Of a stretch of 64,000 bases of DNA, positions 30,813 through 40,025 are shown one piece after another. A model generated the notes under the pieces. It searched no databases and was not told the origin of the DNA. It saw nothing but the letters and a program-made list of their open reading frames with translations. Positions within the stretch are counted from its first letter, which is position 1, and each line of letters begins with the position of its first letter. The position numbers were made by a program, and so were the translations under genes. This stretch comes from Bacteroidales bacterium (GTDB lineage: Bacteria > Bacteroidota > Bacteroidia > Bacteroidales > UBA10428): positions 54,345 to 118,344 of the forward strand of contig JAFGSZ010000017.1 in the NCBI GenBank assembly GCA_016934395.1, in the 5' to 3' direction.

Positions 30813-31397
30813 ATGAAAAAAAATATAATAATATTGTTTTTAGTTCCTTTTTTCTTTTCAAGCTGCGAAAAAAGAAAATTTGAATTCGATCTTTCCCTGA
30901 ATTTGGAAGAAACCTACATTGTGGATCATACCGGAAATTTTTCCGAATCACAGACTATCACAAGAAGTGATGTTATGGATGCCTTAAGCATCCCGGAAAA
31001 TGCAGAAATAGAAAGTGTAAGTATTGAAAGTATAGCCATAAGTATTCAAGTGCTCAACGATAATGAAGCTTCTGCTTTATTAGTAAGTGGTATGGCACAA
31101 CTGGGTAACGGTAGTCCGCAGATTTTTAATAATTTTCCCATATCACTTGTCGGGGTGGATATTCCGTTTGTTGGAATAAACAGTCTTATAGCTGACGGAG
31201 TTGAAGGTATTAAAGATAAAATCGAAGGATATATAAAAGGAACCGATTCAGCACCATTCTCCATTGAAATTTCGGGAGATTCATCACCCACTGCAGGTCA
31301 GCGTGTTCATGTTCAGATTTTAATACAGGTAAAAGGCAATGTAAAATATACGAATTGTGAAGATGCTCTGCCTTTTATGGGGGCAGACTGTTCGTAA
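30813..31397 (+). CDS. Lipoprotein of unknown function
   Basis: 194 aa. Lipobox LVPFFFSSC. It lies 37 nt downstream of the beta-barrel gene. Confidence 0.55.
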   Translation: MKKNIIILFLVPFFFSSCEKRKFEFDLSLNLEETYIVDHTGNFSESQTITRSDVMDALSIPENAEIESVSIESIAISIQVLNDNEASALLVSGMAQLGNGSPQIFNNFPISLVGVDIPFVGINSLIADGVEGIKDKIEGYIKGTDSAPFSIEISGDSSPTAGQRVHVQILIQVKGNVKYTNCEDALPFMGADCS

Positions 31398-31442
31398 AAT
31401 ATAAACAAGATATTTATAAATTTATTCTGCCTTACCTGGATT

Positions 31443-32141
31443 CTAGTGCTGGTTTCGGTATAAACAATCCGTTTGTTTACATTTCTGGCAGGGATATTTA
31501 TGTTTTTTAACTTCTTTGCCCAATCCTATAATTCCGCTTACTGATTTTATAGGGCTCATTAATGCAGATTCAGTTAATGTAATGCCGCTAAATTGTTGGG
31601 GAAAAAAGCTGAATAATTCTGCCTGTTCCTTTACGTTCCAGGTGCAATAACCGGGGCTGAAGCGGTTAGTTATGGAATACCTGTATTGATTTGCAGTTTT
31701 ATTAATAAATTGATGGATAATTTCTGCAGTTTCTTCAGCGGCCTCAGAACCAATAATATCAAGAGTATAACCTTCAAGGGAATCCCCTTCACCCATTAAT
31801 TTCCGGGCAAGTTTCTCAATTTTATCTCCGATGGTACAAATAAAAAGAGCAATAAATTCAATTCCGGTTAATTGTGATGCAATAATTCTATTTACATGCA
31901 AGGCTTTTCCATCAATGAGCAGAATACCCTTAGTTTTATCCAAATGATCAATTTTTTTTATAATAAATCCGCCTTTCGGATGAATCAGGTGAATGCTTTC
32001 TGATAAATATTTATTTATTACCACGCTAACCATTTCTTCTGGTTCTTGATGCTTATACCCTAAAAAGCTTAAAATATTCTGCGTATTAATTTTAATATCG
32101 GCAGTATGTATGGGTACATAGGTAATTTGATCCGGTATCAT
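31443..32141 (-). CDS. Methionine-synthase (MetH) activation-domain-like protein with a C-terminal Cys cluster
   Basis: 232 aa. The segment RFSPGYCTWNVKEQAELFSFFP...GITLTESALMSPIKSVSGIIGLG resembles the vitamin-B12-dependent methionine synthase activation domain family. C-terminal CQKCKQTDC. Its start overlaps the upstream stop (ATGA at 32138-32141). Confidence 0.6.
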   Translation of the reverse strand: MIPDQITYVPIHTADIKINTQNILSFLGYKHQEPEEMVSVVINKYLSESIHLIHPKGGFIIKKIDHLDKTKGILLIDGKALHVNRIIASQLTGIEFIALFICTIGDKIEKLARKLMGEGDSLEGYTLDIIGSEAAEETAEIIHQFINKTANQYRYSITNRFSPGYCTWNVKEQAELFSFFPQQFSGITLTESALMSPIKSVSGIIGLGKEVKKHKYPCQKCKQTDCLYRNQH

Positions 32142-33061
32142 GATACAAAATTCTGGTAAAGGTTTTTTAATGTTCTTACATTAATGTTGTATCCCATGGC
32201 AATAATTTCGGTTTGCTTTACCGGAAACTCAATAATTTCTGTACGGTAATCTCCAAATGTTGCCTGCAGGGCAAGTGCTTTTCCATCGTCAAGTAAAATA
32301 TACCCCTTTAGCCGGTAACATAAGGGCACAATACCGGTAATAAAACTTTCCAGTTTATCTTTTTGCAATGGTTTTACAGTTCGTAATACGGCTGAATTTA
32401 TATCGGGCTTACCGGATGTGCCGGAAACGACAAACATTTTTTTATACCCTGCCTGAAATTCTTCTGTCTGCTTATCTAATATATTATCCAGGGAAACATT
32501 GCAAAAGCTTACCGGAAATTTTTCAGCAAATGGATTTATCTCATTCAATCGCGATAAAACAGGATTATAGTTATCATTTAGGTCGGTTTTATTAATAATG
32601 ATATAATCAGCAACCATTACCTGGTGGTTAATCCGGGTCATCAAGGTATTCATTGAAAGATAATTTTTTGCATCTATTATGCAAAAACTACCGGCAAGAA
32701 ATACCAGGTTTTGTAAATCAGGTGAATCAAATATCTGTCCAATTGAAACCGGATCGGAAAGCCCGCTGGCTTCTATAAATATGACATCTGGCCTAAAATC
32801 TTCTACAAATTTTTTAAATGATACGATAAACCCGGATAACAGACATACACAAAAGACCGAACCGTTGTTTATTTCCAGCAGGTCGAATTCTTTACCTGTA
32901 GTTCTGCGAAGTTCTTTTCCATCAAAGTTAGACGGTGCAAATTCATTCTGAATTATTGCAATTTTGAACTGGTCAGAAAGAGTATCAATAACTCTTTGAA
33001 TAAAGGTGGTTTTTCCACTGCCTAAAAAACCTGTAACCAGATATACCGGAATTTTTTTCAA
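32138..33061 (-). CDS. COG0523/CobW-family G3E P-loop GTPase
   Basis: Walker A VTGFLGSGKTT, a switch region EASGLSDP, and NKTD (IINKTDL). The usual CxCC metal motif is degenerate (NGSVFCVCLL). Confidence 0.8.
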   Translation of the reverse strand: MKKIPVYLVTGFLGSGKTTFIQRVIDTLSDQFKIAIIQNEFAPSNFDGKELRRTTGKEFDLLEINNGSVFCVCLLSGFIVSFKKFVEDFRPDVIFIEASGLSDPVSIGQIFDSPDLQNLVFLAGSFCIIDAKNYLSMNTLMTRINHQVMVADYIIINKTDLNDNYNPVLSRLNEINPFAEKFPVSFCNVSLDNILDKQTEEFQAGYKKMFVVSGTSGKPDINSAVLRTVKPLQKDKLESFITGIVPLCYRLKGYILLDDGKALALQATFGDYRTEIIEFPVKQTEIIAMGYNINVRTLKNLYQNFVS

Positions 33062-33150
33062 TAATTTATTTCTAATAATGATTTATTGCTGCCTGGAATT
33101 TTCCCCATTTGAAATTTTCACACTCCTCCTTCATCAGGCAAATTCATTTT

Positions 33151-34770
33151 TTACAAGTCTTTTAGCCATTCTTTGATGATGTCTACCTTTGGAATTTCTC
33201 CCTGGGTTTTTAATTTATGCTCAGTAAGAATTACTGCCGGAGTAATGGCCACTCCATATATCAAACGGGTTTTTTCCTCATATGAAACAGAGAGTTTAAT
33301 GTTTTTTCCGGTTTCTTTAATCGCGGTATCAACATTATTCTTTATTTGTTTGCATTCTTCAGCATTATTTCCAATTATAAGAATTTCGGCTTTATGCGAA
33401 GAAATTATCAGTTTTAACTTTTCATTAATCCGCTGTTGAATAGCAGCAATCAACTCATGTTTAGGCGGAATTTTAGATACAAACGCAATTTTACCGTCGA
33501 TACAAATTGTAGGAATATTTTTCACCATCAGGGAATTCATAAAAGTAACGCTCTCCATTCTTTTTATGGCATGTTCACGCCATTCAACAATCCCTTCAAA
33601 ATGCGGTGCTATATTTTTTACTGCTTCAACCATATACTGACAGGGTGCGCAGGATTCAGAGTCAAGGGTGATGATATCCACGATTATTTTGCCTGCTTTG
33701 CCATAATCTTTCATATTTAACAGGTCGAGATCGACTTCTGATTTCTCCATAGCTCTGACAATGTCCTGCAAATATGGATCTTGCACCAGACTGGTAACTG
33801 CCTGAAGATTTTCAATGGGTGTATCCATTGGTAAATCGCACCCGGGCGCCAGAATAAATCCTTTTTTCCCACCCAGATCCATACATTCCATGGCTTCTCT
33901 CTGTGCATCTTCCGGTGTACCCATGAGCAGTACAACGGTTAACTTCATATTTCCTCCGAAACTAATATTATGTTTCAGCGCTATTTTACCAACAAAATCC
34001 AGGGGTATATTTTCATCAATAGATATATTATCCGGCCGGCAGGCACACATAGCTTCTATATTTTGCTGGGCATGGCCGCAGACAAAAAATGAGCTTAAAG
34101 CGCCCTTATCCCTTATGATCTGAAAAATTTCTGTTGCCGGTTGTGTAACAAACATTTCGAACGAGCCCGGATCAATTTGCGAAGTCATAGGATCAACAAC
34201 AGCAATTATATCGCAACCGGCATCAATATAATAGCCAGCCATAGCTTCACCAACTTTTTTTGTAAACTCAAGGAGCTCGGTTACTTCATCAGGAGATTCC
34301 ATCATTTTCATAAAAATATCGGTTCCCATCAGATGAAGGGCCAGTGTAAACGGGCCGGTTATCAAACCATATAATGCGATATCGGGAAAATTGCTGCGAA
34401 GCTTTTTTGTGGCATTCAGGATCAATGGTATCCTGCCTTCTTTGTTGGATGGAATTTTTAAATCCTGTAGTTTAACACCTTCAGATAGCACATGAGAAAC
34501 CACTGCGGGCGGATTATCTTCAGCCCAGATTAGATTACAACCAAGGGCTTCAGCCTCAACCTGCAGATCAAACATTACGGGAATGCCATCCGGTTTATAG
34601 ATTTCAATAGCTTTGCTAATGCCTTCTACAATATTATTTTCTGATTGCAGAAAGCTGGTAGCGTTTATATTTAAAAGTTTCCCTGCATGACATCCCACAA
34701 AAGGTACCCAGGGAATCCGGTCGCTGTTGCCAAGTTGAAATGATTTTACTACTCGTTCTTTGCCTGTCAT
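33151..34770 (-). CDS. MtaA/CmuA-type (UroD-fold) corrinoid methyltransferase fused to two C-terminal thioredoxin-fold domains
   Basis: Residues 1 to about 345 are UroD-family but lack the HemE PVWxMRQAGR motif, and carry APGCDLPMDTPIENL. Residues about 358-450 are a thioredoxin fold with C374-A-P-C377 (33640-33651) and a cis-Pro box NIPTICIDG. Residues about 458-539 are a second thioredoxin-like fold with the CxxC lost (NAEECK) but ITPAVIL retained. Confidence 0.75.
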   Translation of the reverse strand: MTGKERVVKSFQLGNSDRIPWVPFVGCHAGKLLNINATSFLQSENNIVEGISKAIEIYKPDGIPVMFDLQVEAEALGCNLIWAEDNPPAVVSHVLSEGVKLQDLKIPSNKEGRIPLILNATKKLRSNFPDIALYGLITGPFTLALHLMGTDIFMKMMESPDEVTELLEFTKKVGEAMAGYYIDAGCDIIAVVDPMTSQIDPGSFEMFVTQPATEIFQIIRDKGALSSFFVCGHAQQNIEAMCACRPDNISIDENIPLDFVGKIALKHNISFGGNMKLTVVLLMGTPEDAQREAMECMDLGGKKGFILAPGCDLPMDTPIENLQAVTSLVQDPYLQDIVRAMEKSEVDLDLLNMKDYGKAGKIIVDIITLDSESCAPCQYMVEAVKNIAPHFEGIVEWREHAIKRMESVTFMNSLMVKNIPTICIDGKIAFVSKIPPKHELIAAIQQRINEKLKLIISSHKAEILIIGNNAEECKQIKNNVDTAIKETGKNIKLSVSYEEKTRLIYGVAITPAVILTEHKLKTQGEIPKVDIIKEWLKDL

Positions 34771-34788
34771 TTATTTTATCTAATGGAA

Positions 34789-35448
34789 TTATTGGTTTAA
34801 ATAGGCTACTGCGCCCTGAGGATCCGGAGAATAAAAATCTGCCCCGATTTGTTTTCTGAAATCTTCTGTTACCGGCGCTCCTCCAATTAATATTTCGTTG
34901 TGGGGATAGTGACTTTTTACATTTTGAACAATATCCTTCATGTTCTGCATGGTGGTAGTAAGCAATGCAGATAATCCAACTTTGGCATCCGGATTTTCTG
35001 CCAGAGAAGCAATAATTTTTTCTGACTTAACATCAGTTCCCAGATCAATAACTTCCCATCCGGAACCTTCAATGGCCATTTTAACAAGATTTTTCCCAAT
35101 ATCGTGCAAATCACCCTGAACGGTAGCAAGTATAAATTTTCCTTTTCGCTGGATTTCACCACTTGTAAAAAATGGTTTTAAATGTTCAATGGCTGCATTC
35201 ATGGCTTTTGCTGACATCAGCATCTGTGGAATAAAAATTTTCTTTTCTGAAAATTTCTTTCCTACCCTGTCCATTCCTGTAATTAAGGCCTGTTTAAGAA
35301 TGGTTTCTGCTTTTACGCCCTGCTCAAGAGCTTGTTTTGTAAGCTCATCAGCGCCGTCCTGATCTTTCATATTTGGAGGGTAAGGCGCAGCCTTATTAAT
35401 CTTTCCAAATTCGATACACGTGGTAATCTGTTCTAAAATGTCTTCCAT
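34789..35448 (-). CDS. Corrinoid (cobalamin-binding) protein, MtaC/MtbC-like
   Basis: 219 aa. N-terminal helical cap, then a B12-binding Rossmann domain with DxHxxG (GDLHDIGKN), SxL (LSALLTTT) and GG (LIGGAPV), the signature of base-off/His-on binding. Confidence 0.88.
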   Translation of the reverse strand: MEDILEQITTCIEFGKINKAAPYPPNMKDQDGADELTKQALEQGVKAETILKQALITGMDRVGKKFSEKKIFIPQMLMSAKAMNAAIEHLKPFFTSGEIQRKGKFILATVQGDLHDIGKNLVKMAIEGSGWEVIDLGTDVKSEKIIASLAENPDAKVGLSALLTTTMQNMKDIVQNVKSHYPHNEILIGGAPVTEDFRKQIGADFYSPDPQGAVAYLNQ

Positions 35449-35548
35449 ATGAGAAATTTTTTACTCAATTATATTAAACTCTTGTTTATCTGAAATGATG
35501 ATTTATACAAATATGTTATACTCAATTAAACCGTCTAAAAATAATAAA

Positions 35549-35683
35549 CAATTTGTTGAAAATTCAATATAAACAAACTAAAAAAGCGAATATTCAATTT
35601 GTTGGAAATAATAATACTTTTTGTTGCATTACATAAGAGGCAACAATGTAAAATTAATTGCATTAATATATTTTAATTGCATT
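35549..35683. promoter_or_regulatory. Divergent control region with repeated motifs (candidate operator sites)
   Basis: Direct repeat caatttgttg[a/g]aaa at 35549-35561 and 35595-35608. Inverted repeat ttgttgc-N12-gcaacaa at 35621-35646. Direct repeat ttaattgcatt at 35654-35664 and 35673-35683. Confidence 0.25.
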
Positions 35684-35785
35684 TTTAATTTCTTATTAAA
35701 GATTAAGATCAGCTAAAAAATATTTCTGAAAAATCTTTTGTACAGATGAATTTTATTTATATTTAAAACCGATAAAATTTGAACT

Positions 35786-36814
35786 ATGAAAGATACACAG
35801 TGGAATAATTTAATTAAAGTTGTTAATGGTGAAACACCAGCTTCAGTGCCTGTTGGATTTATTATTGATTGCCCCTGGCTTCCCGGCTGGTATGGGGTAA
35901 ATATACTCGACTACATTACAAATGACGAATTATGGCTTAAGGCCAATTTGAAAGCTATGGAAACTTTTCCGGATGTAACTTTTCTGCCGGGTTTCTGGAG
36001 CGAATATGGTATGTGTACCGAGCCTTCTGCATTTGGTGCAAAATGTACATTCTGGAAAAATGAATTTCCTTTTGCAGATAAAATTATTTACTCTTCAGAA
36101 GATTTGGATAAGGTTAAAGATCCAAATCCCGAAACCGACGGACTTCTACCTTTTATGTTAAACCGGTTATTGCTTGCACAGCCTAAGATTGAAGATGCAG
36201 GTTACAAATTCCGGTTTTCAGTTTCCCGCGGCCCGTTAAACATTGCATCTTTCCTTATGGGTACCTCTGAACTTATGATGGCTATGATGATGGAACCTGA
36301 GAATGTACATAAACTACTCCGTATTATTACCAATTTTCTGAAATCGTGGCATGAAATACAACATAACACCTTTTCGACCATTGAAGGGATTATGATGCTT
36401 GATGATATTGTGGGATTTGTTGGTGAAGAAGAGTTTAAAGAATTCGGACTTCCCTACCTGAAGGAATTATATAATACAAACGATAAAATAAAACTATTCC
36501 ATAACGATGCCGACTGTTCTATGTCGGTAAAATATTACCCCGAGATTGGTATTAACCTCTATAACCCGGGAACACATATGACGGTGAATGATTTAAAATC
36601 AGCCACAGATAACAAAATAACCATTCTGGGTAATATTCCTCCCCGTGATGTGCTGGCATCAGGAACCCCCGAAACGGTCAGTAAAGAAGTAAAGGATTTA
36701 CTTACCGGATTGAAGCAACGCGACAGGTTTATCCTTTCGTGTGGCGGTGGAATGCCTCCGAATGTTTCAACCGAGAATATACAGTCGTTAATTGATACAG
36801 CCAGAAATATCTAA
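35786..36814 (+). CDS. MtaA/CmuA-type (UroD-fold) methyltransferase
   Basis: 342 aa. UroD-family fold signature without the HemE N-terminal motif. C-terminal ILSCGGGMPPNVSTENIQSLI resembles the MtaA-family C-terminal Cys segment. It is divergent from the corrinoid-protein operon. Confidence 0.72.
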   Translation: MKDTQWNNLIKVVNGETPASVPVGFIIDCPWLPGWYGVNILDYITNDELWLKANLKAMETFPDVTFLPGFWSEYGMCTEPSAFGAKCTFWKNEFPFADKIIYSSEDLDKVKDPNPETDGLLPFMLNRLLLAQPKIEDAGYKFRFSVSRGPLNIASFLMGTSELMMAMMMEPENVHKLLRIITNFLKSWHEIQHNTFSTIEGIMMLDDIVGFVGEEEFKEFGLPYLKELYNTNDKIKLFHNDADCSMSVKYYPEIGINLYNPGTHMTVNDLKSATDNKITILGNIPPRDVLASGTPETVSKEVKDLLTGLKQRDRFILSCGGGMPPNVSTENIQSLIDTARNI

Positions 36815-36920
36815 ACAAAGATACAATCTGATATTTTCTGTATTTTGTAATTTGATAATTGAATTGTTGGTTTAGCAAAAAGTACAACTTTCTAAAATTT
36901 CAAACGATCACTCAGGTTCA

Positions 36921-37784
36921 TTACAAATTTTCAGGATTATAGGCTACCTGAGACCTTCCAAATGCACAAATCTGCGCATCTCCGGCAAAGGATTTATAGG
37001 GCTTTGATTCGCAGGTGCCGTTTAAAATCCGGGTCAGACATTCTAACTGATCCAGAATAAAATCACTGGACATGGGTTCGTTATGCCCCGGCAATATAAG
37101 ATTATATTCTTTTAGTCGCTGCGCTTCCTTTTCCACAGATTGTTTATAAACAGATAATGGCAGGCAAACATCTAAAAAGAGCCAGACCAGGTTATTGTTA
37201 TTATCTCCCGAAAATAACAGCTTATTTTGAATATCGAGTAAACTGATACTGCCCGGAGTATGACCGGGAACCTCAATAACCTGTATTTGTCTGCCGCCTA
37301 AATCGAAAACATATCCCTCATTTACGGGGATTAATTTGGTGTTGTGAACTTTTGAATTGTATAAATCCTCCGCAGATAAAGAATTATCCTGCTGGCCCAT
37401 GTTCAGAATTCCTTTTCGTTGATCAGGCTGGTTATACATTCTGGCCTGTGTTGAATCTAAAGCATGAATATAAACCTTTTCGAACTGATAATTTGCTCCG
37501 CTGTGATCGGGATGTGCATGGGTATTTACTACAATTAAAGGTTTATCTGTAAGCCTTTTAGCTTGTGCCTGAAGGTTTGCAATACCTATTCCGGTATCCA
37601 CTAATAGAGCGCTGTCACCTCCTTCAACAAGATAAATATTTGCAGCTTTATGGTCATCAATTACCCAGACCTTATTAGCAACTTCTTTTACAGTAAACCA
37701 TGATGATGTGTTTTGACAATGAATTATGAAAAATCCAAATAGAGAAATATTAATTAGCAGAATTCTTTGAAAAAGTAACTTCAT
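36921..37784 (-). CDS. Secreted MBL-fold metallo-hydrolase
   Basis: 287 aa. Signal peptide. HxHxDH motif (NTHAHPDHSG), with downstream GHTPGS and PGH. Confidence 0.8.
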   Translation of the reverse strand: MKLLFQRILLINISLFGFFIIHCQNTSSWFTVKEVANKVWVIDDHKAANIYLVEGGDSALLVDTGIGIANLQAQAKRLTDKPLIVVNTHAHPDHSGANYQFEKVYIHALDSTQARMYNQPDQRKGILNMGQQDNSLSAEDLYNSKVHNTKLIPVNEGYVFDLGGRQIQVIEVPGHTPGSISLLDIQNKLLFSGDNNNNLVWLFLDVCLPLSVYKQSVEKEAQRLKEYNLILPGHNEPMSSDFILDQLECLTRILNGTCESKPYKSFAGDAQICAFGRSQVAYNPENL

Positions 37785-38026
37785 ATCGGTATAATTTAAG
37801 GAGCTAAAGATAATTTATTAATTCAAATTGAAGAACGGTTATTAATTTTAAAAAGTAAACAAATATATAACTGACCTCAGGGTTTACCTTACATCTTAAT
37901 TTTAATTCATTAATCAGATTCTAAGGCTTTACCTGAAAAATTATAAATACGAATGAATATATTTTAATGAATTGGTAAATTTCAAATATAAAGTTTTTAA
38001 AGTTGTTTCTGTATAAAATATATAAC

Positions 38027-38034
38027 TACCTTTG
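38027..38034 (+). promoter_or_regulatory. Bacteroidota-type -7 promoter box (TAnnTTTG) for the ABC-F gene
   Basis: Exact TACCTTTG match at 38027-38034, 44 nt upstream of the ATG at 38078. Confidence 0.45.
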
Positions 38035-38074
38035 CAGCCCTTTTTAAAATTTAATTCATTAAAGTTTTTATTAG

Positions 38075-39688
<1,614 letters not shown>

Positions 39689-39705
39689 AAAATCCTGTAA
39701 TTAAA

Positions 39706-39948
39706 ATGGAGCAATCTTCAGAAAATATAAACCTTTCTTTTAATCCTGAAATCTTAAAAGACCTGGTGACCCGGCGAATGCCTTTTGGAAAATATAAAGG
39801 CCGGATTCTCTGTGATCTGCCCGAACCGTACCTTGTATGGTTTTATCAATAAGGATTTCCATCGGGAAAATTGGGTATGTGGCTTTCCACGTTGTATGAA
39901 ATAAAATTAAACGGACTGGAATATTTATTAAAGCCGCTTAGGAAATGA
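39706..39948 (+). pseudogene. DUF3820-family small protein interrupted by an in-frame TAA (39850-39852)
   Basis: The translation MEQSSENINLSFNPEILKDLVTRRMPFGKYKGRILCDLPEPYLVWFYQ*GFPSGKLGMWLSTLYEIKLNGLEYLLKPLRK runs in one frame. From memory, the family has K at the stop position (QKGFP). Confidence 0.6.
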
Positions 39949-40025
39949 TTCCAATCTGGCACACATTTGTGATGCCCTGGAGTAAATTTGTATCACGTGC
40001 CCATAATTATAAAACAAAATAACAA

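Noticed and set aside
35449-35785. A cobalamin riboswitch controlling the corrinoid operon
   Set aside because: The region is extremely AT-rich and has no B12-box-like G+C-rich core that I can recognise. A covariance-model scan is still advisable.
33151-36814. Annotating the two UroD-fold ORFs as uroporphyrinogen decarboxylase (hemE)
   Set aside because: Both lack the HemE N-terminal PVWxMRQAGR-type motif, and they flank a B12-binding corrinoid protein. The MtaA/CmuA methyltransferase branch of the fold fits better.
39850-39852. TAA reassignment
   Set aside because: TAA ends many conserved genes here at their expected C-termini (gyrA, clpC, DUF4295, GH10, among others).
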